This document shows, piece after piece, positions 1 to 9,595 of a DNA stretch of 64,000 bases. Source of the stretch: an uncultured Candidatus Rokubacteria bacterium (GTDB lineage: Bacteria; Methylomirabilota; Methylomirabilia; Rokubacteriales; DASRDR01); the NCBI GenBank assembly GCA_963708025.1, contig CAVPSB010000013.1, forward strand, positions 32,001 through 96,000. Reading direction: 5' to 3'. The notes under the pieces were generated by a model, which was not told where the DNA came from, did not search any database, and was given only the letters and a program-made list of their open reading frames with translations. Within the stretch, counting starts at the first letter, position 1, and each line of letters starts with the position of its first letter. The position numbers were made by a program, and so were the translations under genes.

Positions 1-53
1 TCGTCTACTGGCCCGACCGCTACACGCGCTACCACTCGATCTTCAAGCAGTAG
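1..53 (+). CDS. 3' end of a gene, probably the peptide ABC substrate-binding protein (partial)
   Basis: Frame VYWPDRYTRYHSIFKQ* ends at TAG 51-53, upstream of the dppB-like permease; product inferred from operon position. Confidence 0.5.
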   Translation, partial: VYWPDRYTRYHSIFKQ

Positions 54-162
54 GGTGTTCCCGCTGATCAACCAGGGGTTCCTGCATCTCGGCGAGATGC
101 TCGCCGGTCGGGGGCGGCTCGGCCTCGAGGGGTTCTGATCGGCCCGGCTCCCCCCGCTCCCC

Positions 163-1176
163 ATGATCCGGTACGTCCTGCGCCGGCTCTGTCTGGTTCC
201 GCTGGTCCTGCTCGGCGTGAGCGTGGTGACCTTCGCGGTGACGCGGATCATCCCCGGCGATCCCACCGACCGGCTCGTCGGCAGCGCGTTCCTGACCGAG
301 GAGCGGCGGGCCGAGATCCGCCGCGAGTACGGCCTCGACCGCCCCTACCCCGCCCAGTTCGCCGCCTATCTCCGGGGGCTTGTCCGCGGCGACCTTGGCA
401 CCTCGTTCCTCACCAGCCGCCCGGTCGCTGCCGACCTCCGCCAGCGCTTCCCGGCCACGCTCGAGCTGACCAGCGCCGCCATGTGCTTCGCGGTAGCCGT
501 CGCGGTCCCCCTCGGCGTCGGGTCGGCCGTCTGGAAGGGCTCGTGGCTCGACCACGCGGGCCGCGTCCTCGCCGTGCTCGGGGTCTCGATGCCCGTCTTC
601 TGGTCGGGCCTCCTCCTCCTCTATCTCTTCTTCTTCTTGTGGCAGTGGGCGCCGCCGCCCATCGGGCGGCTCGAGCTGTCCCTGCTGGCCCCCGCGCCGG
701 TGACCGGGCTCCTGACCGTGGACGCGCTCCTGGCCGGCGAGGGCGCGGTGCTCTGGGGCGCCCTGCGGAGCCTGGCCCTCCCGGCCCTCGCCCTCGGCCT
801 GGCGGCGATGGCCCCGCTCGCCCGGATGACCCGGGCGTCGACGCTGGAGGCGCTCGGCTCGGAGTACGTACGGGCGGCCCGGGCTTTTGGGCTCCCCGAG
901 TGCACGGTGGTCGTCCGCCACGCCCTCCGCACCGCGCTGCTGCCCGTGGTGACGATGGTCGCCGTCGTGTTCGGCTACCAGCTCGGCGGGGTCGTCCTCG
1001 TCGAGGCCGTCTTCGCCTGGCCGGGGCTCGGCCAGTACGCCTACAACGCGGTGGCCAACGCCGACCACCCCGCTGTCCAGGGCTTCATCCTCTACACCAC
1101 GACGATGTACGTCCTGCTCTTCCTGGTGGTGGACGTCCTGTACGCAGTGCTCGACCCGCGAGCCCGCGCAACGTGA
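163..1176 (+). CDS. Peptide/nickel ABC transporter permease (DppB/OppB family)
   Basis: MIRYVLRRL..IPGDP..YGLDRP..GDLGTS; EAA loop YVRAARAFG; VEAVFAWPGLG. Confidence 0.93.
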   Translation: MIRYVLRRLCLVPLVLLGVSVVTFAVTRIIPGDPTDRLVGSAFLTEERRAEIRREYGLDRPYPAQFAAYLRGLVRGDLGTSFLTSRPVAADLRQRFPATLELTSAAMCFAVAVAVPLGVGSAVWKGSWLDHAGRVLAVLGVSMPVFWSGLLLLYLFFFLWQWAPPPIGRLELSLLAPAPVTGLLTVDALLAGEGAVLWGALRSLALPALALGLAAMAPLARMTRASTLEALGSEYVRAARAFGLPECTVVVRHALRTALLPVVTMVAVVFGYQLGGVVLVEAVFAWPGLGQYAYNAVANADHPAVQGFILYTTTMYVLLFLVVDVLYAVLDPRARAT

Positions 1177-2079
1177 GCGCGGCACGGATCCGGTCCTTCC
1201 GGCCCCCCCCTCCCCCCGGTGGGTGGGGGAGGGGGGGTGGGGGGGGAGGGCGGGAGGTCCCCAACCAATGTCGAGCCGACGCGACGACCCTGGCCGGCCT
1301 CGCGATCACCCTCGCGCTCGTCCTGGTCGCCCTGCTGGCGCCCTGGCTCGCGCCCCACGACCCGTACGCGACCGATCCGGCGCGCGCGCTCCGCCCGCCG
1401 GCGCCGGCGCATCCTTTCGGCACCGGGGTCTTCGGCGAGGACATCCTCTCCCGCGTCCTCTGGGGGGCTCGCTTCGACCTCCTGATCGCCGCCGGTGCCG
1501 TCGGCATCGCCCTCGTCCTCGGTGGCGCCGTCGGGGCGGTGGCCGGCTTCACCGGCGGCTTCCCCGACGAGGGGCTCATGCGGGCGATGGACGTCCTGCA
1601 GGCCTTCCCGAACTTCGTCCTTGCCCTCGGGATCGCCGCCGCCCTCGGCCCGAGCCTCCCCAACCTGGTCCTCGCCATCGCGCTCACCAACGTGCCCATC
1701 TACGCCCGCCTGATGCGGAGCCAGGTGCTGACGCAGCGGACGGCGCCCTACGCGCTGGCGGCGGTCGGGGTGGGCGAACCCGGTGGCGCGGGTGTTGTTC
1801 GTCCACCTCCTGCCCAACACCTGGTCGCCGATCCTGGTCCAGGCGACGCTCCAGTCCGGGTGGGCGATTCTCCAGGCGGCCGGGCTGTCGTTCATCGGCC
1901 TCGGCGTGCGGGTGCCGACGCCGGAGTGGGGCGTGATGATCGGGATGGGCGTCCAGCAGGCGACCGCGGGCCAGTGGTGGGTGGCGTTCTTCCCGGGCCT
2001 CGCCATCATGGTGGCCGTCATCGGCCTGAACCTGCTGGGTGACGGACTCCAGGACTGGCTGGATCCGAAGCGCCGATGA
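1173..2079 (+). CDS. Peptide ABC transporter permease (DppC/OppC family); frameshift near 1780; repeat-derived N-terminus
   Basis: APWLAPHDP..HPFGT..GEDILSR in one frame, HLLPN..GLSFIGLG..PEWG..NLLGDGLQDWLDP in another; GTG overlaps the upstream TGA. Confidence 0.85.
1174..1265 (+). repeat. Repeat family A copy (degenerate), starting at the dppB TGA
   Basis: CCCCCCCCTCCCCCCGGTGGGTGGGGGAGGGGGG...GGGCGGGAGGTCCC matches the reverse complement of the 37844-38030 units. Confidence 0.85.
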
Positions 2080-3117
2080 ATCGCGCCCCCTCGTCTCAGC
2101 CCTCTCCCCCGGTGGGGGAGAAAGAGAGTCAGCCCCTCCTCTCCATCCAGGGCCTCCAGGTCGAGTTCGCGACGCCCCGCGGGGTGGCGCGCGTCCTCAC
2201 CGGCGTCGACCTGGAGGTGATCCGCGGCGAGGTGGTCGGGCTCGTCGGCGAATCGGGCTGCGGCAAGAGCGTGACGGCCCTCGCGGTTCTCCGCCTCCTG
2301 CGCCATCCCGGCCGCGTCACCGGCGGGAGCGTCCGCTTCCAGGGCCGGGAGCTCCTGGCGCTGCCGGAGGCGGAGATGCAGCGGGTCCGGGGCCGGGGAA
2401 TCGCGATGATCTTCCAGGCGCCCCGGGAGTCGCTGAACCCCGTCCTCACGGTCGGGCGGCAGCTCGGGCTCCTGCTCGCGCGGCACGACGGGATCGCCGG
2501 CCGAGCGGCGGCCGCGCGGGCCCGCGAGCTCGTCGAGATGGTCGAGCTGCCGGACCCCGCGCGGCGTGCTCCGAGCCTACCCACACGAGCTGTCGGGGGG
2601 GATGTGCCAGCGCGCGATGATCGCGCTCGCCCTCGCCTGCCGCCCCGCGCTCCTCATCGCCGACGAGGCGACCACGGCGCTCGACGTGACGGTCCAGCTC
2701 CAGATCCTCCTCCTGCTGCGGCGGCTGCGGGAGACCCTCGGCCTCGCCCAGCTCCTCATCACCCACAATCTCGGGGTGGTCGCCGAGGCGTGCCAGCGGG
2801 TGGCGGTCATGTACGCCGGCGAGATCGTCGAGACGGCGGCGGCCGGCGAGCTGTTCGCGGCCCCGCGACATCCCTACGCGCGCCGGCTCCTGGCGGCGCG
2901 GCCGCGCATCGGCGCGCCTCCGGAAGGCGATCCGATTCCCGGCAGCGTCCCGGACCCGATCGCCCGGCCCCCGGGCTGCCCGTTCCATCCGCGCTGTCAC
3001 CGCGCGCAGGCCTCCTGCGCCGAGCGCCACCCGGCGCTGGACGCGCTCGGGCCCGGGCGCGCGGTCCGGTGCCACTACCCGGAGCCGCCGGCGGACGGTG
3101 AGCCCGCGCTCCGGTGA
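2076..3117 (+). CDS. Peptide ABC transporter ATPase (DppD family); frameshift near 2575
   Basis: GESGCGKS Walker A; YPHELSGGMCQR, IADEATTALD, PPGCPFHPRC in the second frame. Confidence 0.9.
2100..2125. repeat. Palindromic repeat family C (CCCTCTCCCCC-N-GGGGGAGAGGG type) inside the dppD 5' end
   Basis: CCCTCTCCCCCGGTGGGGGAGAAAG; similar to 4128-4172 and 23033-23065. Confidence 0.55.
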
Positions 3118-4097
3118 GCCTCCTCGCCGTCCGGGAGCTGTCGAAGCAGTACCGGGTCGCGAGCGGCGCCTTCAGCCGGCGACCGCTCACGGCCGTGGAC
3201 CGCGTCTCGCTCGCGCTCTCGGCGGGGGAGACGCACGGCCTCGTCGGCGAGAGCGGGAGCGGCAAGTCCACGCTCGCCCGCTGCATCCTCCAGCTCGAGC
3301 GGCCGTCGGGGGGGACGGTGACCTTCGACGGCCGCGAGCTGACGGCGCTGGGCGGGCGCGAGCTCCGGGGCGTGCGCCGGCTGCTCCAGATGGTCTTCCA
3401 GGACCCGGCCGCGTCCCTCAACCCCCGGCTCCGGGTCGGCTACACCGTGGCCGAGCCGCTCCGGCTGCACGCGCTCCGGCGGGGTAAGCCGGCGATCCGC
3501 GCTCGGGTCGAGGAGCTGTTCGGCTGGGTCGGCCTCGGCCCCGAGCACATCGACCGCTACCCGCACCAGCTCTCGGGTGGCCAGCAGCAGCGGGTCGCCG
3601 TCGCCCGCGCGCTGGCCTGCGAGCCGCGGTTCGTCGCCCTCGACGAGCCGACCTCGGCGCTCGACGTCTCGGTCCAGGCCGCCCTCCTGGCGCTGCTCCG
3701 TAACGTCCAGGCCCGGCTCGGCCTGGCTTACCTCTTCATCTCGCACGACCTCGCCGTGGTGAGCGCGATGGCGAGCCGGGTCATGGTGATGTACCTGGGG
3801 CAGGTGGTGGAGGCGGGGCCGACCACGGCGCTCCTCGCCGCGCCCCGCCATCCGTACACGCGCGCGCTCATTTCCGCGATCCCCCGCGACACGCCGTGGG
3901 CCGAGCCCGCCCGCCTGCTCGTGGCCGGCGAGCCGGGCTCGGCGCTCGCCCACGCGCCCGGCTGCCGCTTCGCTCCACGCTGCCCGTGGGCGCTCGAGCG
4001 CTGCGCGAGCGAGCCTCAGCCACTCCGTCCGGTCGGCCCCGACCACGCGGCGGCCTGCTGGCGGGTCGCGGCCGGCGACCTGCCCGCCTGGCCGTGA
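3114..4097 (+). CDS. Peptide ABC transporter ATPase (DppF family)
   Basis: GESGSGKST, YPHQLSGGQQQR, LDEPTSALD, GCRFAPRC C-terminal domain. Confidence 0.93.
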   Translation: MSLLAVRELSKQYRVASGAFSRRPLTAVDRVSLALSAGETHGLVGESGSGKSTLARCILQLERPSGGTVTFDGRELTALGGRELRGVRRLLQMVFQDPAASLNPRLRVGYTVAEPLRLHALRRGKPAIRARVEELFGWVGLGPEHIDRYPHQLSGGQQQRVAVARALACEPRFVALDEPTSALDVSVQAALLALLRNVQARLGLAYLFISHDLAVVSAMASRVMVMYLGQVVEAGPTTALLAAPRHPYTRALISAIPRDTPWAEPARLLVAGEPGSALAHAPGCRFAPRCPWALERCASEPQPLRPVGPDHAAACWRVAAGDLPAWP

Positions 4098-4127
4098 ACG
4101 CGGTGCCTGTCACGACCCCGACCCCCT

Positions 4128-4172
4128 TCCCTCACCCCTACCCTCCCCCCCGGTGGGGGAGAGGGTAGGGGT
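4128..4172. repeat. Palindromic repeat family C between convergent genes (possible terminator role)
   Basis: ACCCCTACCCTC-CCCCCCGGTGGGGGA-GAGGGTAGGGGT inverted repeat. Confidence 0.65.
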
Positions 4173-4199
4173 GGCCGGGGCGATCTCGACTTCCCAGGG

Positions 4200-5005
4200 C
4201 TAGCTGCCGTTCCTGGCCTCTCCCCTCGCCAGCACCAGGTTCGCGCAGGCCAGGCTCCCGGTGAAATCGAGCGTCCCCCTGACGCGGTTCCGTTGCGCCA
4301 CCAGCTGGATGCCGGAGGCGAGGGGCGTGGGGCAGCTCGTCAGGCTGCCGGGAAGCTGCGCCGTCAGCTGGTACACGCCGGGCGCGGTGTTCCGGAAATC
4401 GAACTTCCCGTCGTTGTTCGTCACTCCCTGGGCGGCGACGCCGCCGGCTGAATCCACGAGCCGGACGGTGACACCGGCCCCGTGATCCTGATCCGCCGGT
4501 GGCACGCCGTTGAGCTTCTTCACCTCGCGGGCCAAGATCGTGCCATCGCCGAGCGGCTGGCCCTCCACCTTGACGAGGTCGCCATTCTGGAGGGCGGCGC
4601 AGGTCGTCCCCTCGAACTCGGTGACGCCATTCGCCCGGATGCCCACCCCAGCCACCTGGAACGTGAAGGTCGGGCAGCCGAGGGTCCGGCCGGCGACCAC
4701 TCCCTGGACCTCGCCCTGGGGGCGGCCGCGGGCCCCACCCCGGTCGTTCGCTTGGCGTCGTCCTTCCCCTTGCCGTCGTCGTTCCCCTTGCCGTCGTCCT
4801 TCCCCATGGCCACGCCGCCCTTGCCCTTCTTCTTGTCTGCCGTCACCGCGTCAGCGCTCGGGCTCTCGCTGGCGCTCGTCGAGCCCGTGACCCCGGAGGC
4901 TCCGCGGGAGCCCGAGTCACCACAGCCGGACAGCATCACCATCGCGATCGCGGCCAGGACTCCCACGCCCCACCGCCACGGGGCCCTCCATCCGTGTGCC
5001 CGCAT
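4200..5005 (-). CDS. Lipoprotein with DUF5666-like and carboxypeptidase-regulatory-like domains; frameshift near 4735
   Basis: AGGAGG RBS, lipobox LSGC, GKxDD low-complexity repeats, GDLVKVEG..ILAREV, GKFDFRNTAPGVYQL. Confidence 0.7.
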
Positions 5006-5205
5006 TCCGTGCCTCCTTTTCCCGCGGGCCTCGGCCAGCGCGGGACCGGCGAGCACAGGGAGCAACGAGAGTGCCAGCGACCGGGGAGGCCAAGTACGCG
5101 TGGTGGCGCGGCTCCCGCGTGAGCCCGTCCCGGCCGAGAGGTGAGCGCGGGGGCAAATGAGCGGGGCAGCCGGGCAAACGCCCGCGCGAAGTCGCACCGA
5201 AGCTC

Positions 5206-6186
5206 TCAGAGCGACACGGTCTCGCCGGTCTCGATCGAGCGGTAGGCCGCGAGGACGACCGCCAGGTCCTGGCGGGCCGATTCGGCCGGCAGCGCGGGCG
5301 CCCGGCCGTCGCGCACGGCGCCGACGAACTCGCCGGCCTGAGCGCGCAGCCCGCGACGGTCGCGCAGGAAGACGCGAAGGCGCCTCCGCTCGGGGCCGAG
5401 CACCCGGAGGTAGCGGCCCCGCGCGTCCACCGCCAGCGACCCGGCGGTGCCGCTCGCGATGAGCATCGGGCCGGGCGGCACGCCCGGGGTCGCGATCGAG
5501 GTGGCCAGGACGCCGACGGCGCCGCTCCGGAATCGGACCAGGAGGAACGCGGTGTCCTCACCCTCGACCTCCGTGAAGAGGTTCGACGGGGCCCGGGCGG
5601 TGACCTGGGCGATGGGCCCACCCCAGTCGCGGAGGAGGTGGACGTAGTGCACCCCGCTGTCGATGAGCACGCCGCCGCCCGCGGACTCCCGCGTCCGTCG
5701 CCAGCCCCGGGGGCGCCGGAAGCCACGGGGCGTCGCCACGATCTGGCGGACCTCGCCGATCGCCCCGGCGGCGAGCAGGCGCCGGGCCGCCACGAACGCC
5801 GGCATGAAGTGGAAGTTCTCTCCCACCATGAAGGGGATGCCGGCGGCCCGGGCTTCGGCCAGCATGAGGTCCGCTTCCTCCAGGGTGCGGGCCATCGGCT
5901 TCTCGACGAGGACCGCCTTCCCGTAGCGCGCCGCCAGCCGGACGTTGTCGACGTGGACGTGGTGCGGGGTGCAGAAGAGCAGGGCCTGGACGCGGGCGTC
6001 GGCGGCGGCCTCCTCGTAGGAGCCGAAGGCCGCGATGCCGCCGAAGCGCCGGCGATAGGCCTCGGCGGTCGCCAGGTCACGGCTCGCGAAGGAGACGGCC
6101 ACGCGATCCGGCAGTCCTCGCGCCGCCCGCGCGTGGAAGGCGGCGAAGCGACCGCACCCGGCGATGCAGAGCCCGAACGGCGCCAT
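5206..6186 (-). CDS. Gfo/Idh/MocA family oxidoreductase
   Basis: IAGCG, CTPHHVH, VLVEKPM, GGGVLIDSGVH motifs. Confidence 0.92.
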   Translation of the reverse strand: MAPFGLCIAGCGRFAAFHARAARGLPDRVAVSFASRDLATAEAYRRRFGGIAAFGSYEEAAADARVQALLFCTPHHVHVDNVRLAARYGKAVLVEKPMARTLEEADLMLAEARAAGIPFMVGENFHFMPAFVAARRLLAAGAIGEVRQIVATPRGFRRPRGWRRTRESAGGGVLIDSGVHYVHLLRDWGGPIAQVTARAPSNLFTEVEGEDTAFLLVRFRSGAVGVLATSIATPGVPPGPMLIASGTAGSLAVDARGRYLRVLGPERRRLRVFLRDRRGLRAQAGEFVGAVRDGRAPALPAESARQDLAVVLAAYRSIETGETVSL

Positions 6187-6198
6187 GCCGGTCCGATC

Positions 6199-6327
6199 CT
6201 AGATCCTTCGGGGGGGTCTCGGAAGACCCCCCCGATGCCCCCCCGTCGTGGCGGCGGCGAAGCCGCCGCTCGGACGCTTTTCGTGGCTCACGTCGCACGG
6301 CACGCGACACAGCATGCTCCGACGAGC
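6199..6327 (+). repeat. Repeat family B, full copy
   Basis: CTAG..TTCGGGGGGGTCTCGGAAGACCCCCCCGATGCCCC..GCGGCGAAGCCGC..GACGAGC; aligns over ~125 bp with the reverse complement of 24739-24864. Confidence 0.85.
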
Positions 6328-6414
6328 TCCTGGCACCGCGCGCGCTTCTCGCGACGCGGCGCGTCGGCTACAATGAGCCCGAGGGTCAACCCGGAGGTCT
6401 CACAAGGAGCCAGC

Positions 6415-7575
6415 ATGCGTAACGTCGCGGTGATCGGGGTGGGCGTCACGAAGTTCGGCCGCCACGCGCGGACCTGCGCGGAGCTGTTCGCCGAGGCCGC
6501 CGTCGAGGCCCTCGGCGACGCCGACATCGGGCCGGAGCGGATCCAGGGCCTCTACGTCGGCAACGTCGTCGGCGAGGCCGGCGAGCGCCAGCTCCACATG
6601 GGCCCGCAGGTCGCCTCCGCCCTCGGGATCCCCGCCGTGGCCGCCACGCGCTTCGAGACGGCGTGCGCGTCGAGCCACGCGGCCTTCCGCCACGCGCTGT
6701 TCGAGATCGCCTCCGGCGCGGCCGACGTCCTCCTGGTCGGCGGGGCCGAGCGCGTCCTCACCATGCCGACCGAGCGCTCCACGGAGGTGTTCGCCTACGC
6801 CTCGGACGCCGTCTTCGAGCAGCCGGCCGGCCTCACGTTCCCCGGGGTCTTCGCGCTGATCGCCCGGGCCCACATGGCGAAGCACGGGACCACCGAGGAG
6901 CAGATGGCCCACGTCGCGGTGAAGAACCACCGCCACGGCGCGCTGAACCCGAAGGCCCAGTTCCAGAAGGAGATCACGCTCGAGCAGGTGCTGACCAGCG
7001 CCCGGGTCGCCGACCCGCTCAAGCTCTACGACTGCTGCCCGTTCTCGGACGGCGCCGCGGCCGTGGTCATCGCGGCCGAGGACGTCGCCCGGCGGACCCG
7101 GAAGCCCGTGTGGGTGCTCGGCTCCGCCCAGGCCGGCGACGCGATGTGCCTGCACGACAAGCCGGACCTGAGCCGGGCGCTCGCCACCGAGCGCGCCGCC
7201 CAGCTCGCGTACCGGCAGGCCGGGCTGGGCCCGCAGGCCGTGGACGTGGTGGAGCTCCACGACTGCTTCACGATCGCCGAGATCGTCGCGACCGAGGGCC
7301 TGGGTCTGGTCGAGCCGGGCGGCGGCGGCATCGCCGCCGAGAAGGGCGAGACGAGCCTCGGCGGCCGGATCCCGGTCAACACCTCCGGGGGACTCAAGGC
7401 CAAGGGCCACCCGATCGGCGCGACCGGCGCGGCCCAGATCGCCGAGATCGCCGCCCAGCTCCGCAACGAGGCCGGCCGGCGGCAGGTCGAGGGAGCCCGG
7501 GTGGGCCTGACCCACACCCTCGGCGGCAACACCGCGACCGTGCTGGTGAGCGTGTTCGGCAAGGAGCCGCGGTGA
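6415..7575 (+). CDS. Thiolase family protein (SCP-x/archaeal-like)
   Basis: ETACASS, NPKAQ, DGAAA, ELHDCF, KGHPIGATG; AAGGAG RBS. Confidence 0.92.
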   Translation: MRNVAVIGVGVTKFGRHARTCAELFAEAAVEALGDADIGPERIQGLYVGNVVGEAGERQLHMGPQVASALGIPAVAATRFETACASSHAAFRHALFEIASGAADVLLVGGAERVLTMPTERSTEVFAYASDAVFEQPAGLTFPGVFALIARAHMAKHGTTEEQMAHVAVKNHRHGALNPKAQFQKEITLEQVLTSARVADPLKLYDCCPFSDGAAAVVIAAEDVARRTRKPVWVLGSAQAGDAMCLHDKPDLSRALATERAAQLAYRQAGLGPQAVDVVELHDCFTIAEIVATEGLGLVEPGGGGIAAEKGETSLGGRIPVNTSGGLKAKGHPIGATGAAQIAEIAAQLRNEAGRRQVEGARVGLTHTLGGNTATVLVSVFGKEPR

Positions 7576-7973
7576 GCGCGACCGCGTCCGCCGCCGGCAC
7601 CCTGACCCTCGGGGAGTTCTTCGAGGGCGTGCGCGCCGGCCAGCTCGTCGTCCAGCGCTGCGGCGGCTGTGGCGAGCTCGCGGTCCCGCCGCGGGCCTTC
7701 TGCCCCGCCTGTCATGGCCGGGAATGGACGCGCCTGACGCTCGGCGGCGAGGGCGAGGTCACCTCCTACACCGTGATCCGCGTCCCACCCGGGCCCCTGG
7801 CCGGCCAGGCCCCGTACGCCATCGTCGTCGTCCGGTTCCCGGAAGGGGTCGCCCTGCTCGGCCGCACCACCGGCATCCCGCTCGAGGCCCTCCGCGTCGG
7901 CCTTCCCGTCCGCTTCGCTCCCCCACCCCCGGCCGCCGATCCGCCCGTCATCACCTTCGCGCCCCGCGCCTAG
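7572..7973 (+). CDS. Zn-ribbon/OB-fold (DUF35) partner of the thiolase
   Basis: QRCGGCG..PPRAFCPAC, GEVTSYTVI; GTG overlaps the thiolase TGA. Confidence 0.88.
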   Translation: MSATASAAGTLTLGEFFEGVRAGQLVVQRCGGCGELAVPPRAFCPACHGREWTRLTLGGEGEVTSYTVIRVPPGPLAGQAPYAIVVVRFPEGVALLGRTTGIPLEALRVGLPVRFAPPPPAADPPVITFAPRA

Positions 7974-8003
7974 GGATCTTCGAGGGGGTCTCGGAAGAGC
8001 CCC
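7970..8003 (+). repeat. Repeat family B, partial copy at a shared CTAG stop
   Basis: CTAGGGATCTTCGAGGGGGTCTCGGAAGAGCCC. Confidence 0.7.
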
Positions 8004-8476
8004 TGCGCCTCCTTCCCGGAGTTGACGTCAACCGGCGTCCCGGCCTCGTCTCGCGGAACCGGCGCGCCGCGGTGATCGAGCGGTGGATGGGAGGCTTCCA
8101 CTGCCGACCTGGAGAAGTCCGAGCGGTCCCTGACGGCCGCCAGGTACCGCAGGTCGGCCAGCCGGCGCTCCACGATGCGGGTCAGCTCCGCGCGACGGAC
8201 CGGGTCCGCGTCGTAGCAGCACCGCCAGCCGCGGAGGACTTCCGCCGCCTGGCCGAGCGACCGCCACTGGAGGACCAGCCACGGGCCGGTGAGCCCGGCG
8301 CCGCGGAGCCCGGTGATCACCGCGCGCGCGCACTGGCGCGTCTCTTCCAGCCACTTCGAGCGCTCCTCGACGAGCGGGACCATCGTCTGGCGCAGCAGCA
8401 GCGCGATCCGGCCCCGGCGGGACTGGAAGATCGCCACCAGGTCGGGGGGCACCTCCCCTCCGGGCCACCTCGTCAT
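7970..8476 (-). CDS. Hypothetical protein
   Basis: 168-aa ORF with GGAGGAG RBS; last residues are encoded by the family B repeat. Confidence 0.5.
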   Translation of the reverse strand: MTRWPGGEVPPDLVAIFQSRRGRIALLLRQTMVPLVEERSKWLEETRQCARAVITGLRGAGLTGPWLVLQWRSLGQAAEVLRGWRCCYDADPVRRAELTRIVERRLADLRYLAAVRDRSDFSRSAVEASHPPLDHRGAPVPRDEAGTPVDVNSGKEAQGLFRDPLEDP

Positions 8477-8491
8477 CGGCCGTCTCCTCCA

Positions 8492-8573
8492 TCGGGACCT
8501 CCCTCCTACCCCCCCAACCCCCCTCCCCCACCCACCGGGGGGAGGGGGGAGTCGGAGGACCCATTCGCTCTCA
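8492..8573 (-). repeat. Repeat family A copy, starting at the SPW-gene TGA
   Basis: TCGGGACCTCCC..CCCTCCCCCACCCACCGGGGGGAGGGGGGAGTCGGAGGACCCATTCGCTCTCA. Confidence 0.9.
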
Positions 8574-8762
8574 GTGCTGGGCTCGATGAGTGCTGGCGGA
8601 GGCGAGGGTCTGGTAGCTGAGCAGCCCCAGGACGGCGACGACGATCCCCCCGATCAGGACGTCGGCGCGGGCGACCCGGTCGGCCGCGAAGCGCAGCACC
8701 CACGGGGTGACGGCGAGGATGATCCCGACCAGTACCGTGAGAATCGCGAGTACCTTGGTCAT
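8571..8762 (-). CDS. Small membrane protein, SPW-repeat-like
   Basis: Two hydrophobic segments with GIILAVTPWVLRF; GAGGAGG RBS. Confidence 0.72.
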   Translation of the reverse strand: MTKVLAILTVLVGIILAVTPWVLRFAADRVARADVLIGGIVVAVLGLLSYQTLASASTHRAQH

Positions 8763-8857
8763 GGCCTGTACCTCCTCGGTCTCGAACGGTAACAGCCCAG
8801 GATGAGGGGTCGATGAGACCGAGATGAGAAGTCTCTTAGCGCCGAGCCGTCCCCGGC

Positions 8858-8993
8858 TCAGTTCGGGACCTCCCGCCCCCCCGATCCTTCGACGGCCTTC
8901 GGCCTTTGGCCCCCTCCCCCACCGTTCGACGGCCTTCGGCCTTTGGCGAGGGGGAGGGGGGAGTCGGAGGACCTATTGCTTCACACCCTCTCA
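8858..8993 (-). repeat. Repeat family A copy with 2 nested 20-mers, CTCAG at both ends, starting at the phosphoesterase TGA
   Basis: CTCAGTTCGGGACCTCCC...CACACCCTCTCAG. Confidence 0.92.
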
Positions 8994-9579
8994 GTCGAGG
9001 GCCAGGATCCGGGTCGCCAGGCGCCCCCGGTCGAGGCGCAGCAACCCGACGGTCCGGGGCAGCCGGAAGCGGCGCGGCCCGGCGCTGCCCGGGTTGAAGA
9101 GGAGGGTCGGACCGAGCCGCGCCCGGTAGGGCCGGTGGGAGTGGCCGAAGACGACGATGTCCGGCTGGAGGCGCTCGACCAGTCGCTCCTCCTTCCGGCC
9201 GATCTGGTGCAGCTCGCCGAAGATGTGACGCACGAGGACGCGCCGGCCACCGAGCTGCTCGACCCGCTCGACGGGAAAGCGGCGGAAGTGGTCGTTGTTG
9301 CCCTCGACCGCCAGGACCGGGGCGATCGACTCGAGGGCGGAGATCACTTCCAGCGCGCCGATGTCGCCGGCGTGGAGGATCGCGTTGAACACCCCGGAAG
9401 AGGCGCGGGATGGCGGGGTCGAACCGCCCGTGGGTATCGGAGATGACGCCGATCCTGATCGGGACCTCCCATCTACCCGACCCTTTGACGGCCTTCGGCC
9501 TTTGGCCCCCCTCCCCCATCGTTGGACGGCCTTCGGCCTTTGGCGGGGGGGGGGCCGGAGGGACCCGATTGCTCCACAT
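8991..9579 (-). CDS. YfcE/YfcE-like metallophosphoesterase; frameshift near 9385; start uncertain (within repeat)
   Basis: IGVISDTHG, ILHAGDIG, VEGNND, VFGHSH, FNPGSAG. Confidence 0.88.
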
Positions 9580-9586
9580 GCTCCCG
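9459..9586 (-). repeat. Repeat family A copy with 2 nested 20-mers
   Basis: TCGGGACCTCCC..GACGGCCTTCGGCCTTTGGC x2..GATTGCTCCACATGCTC. Confidence 0.88.
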
Positions 9587-9595
9587 GCCCGGGGC

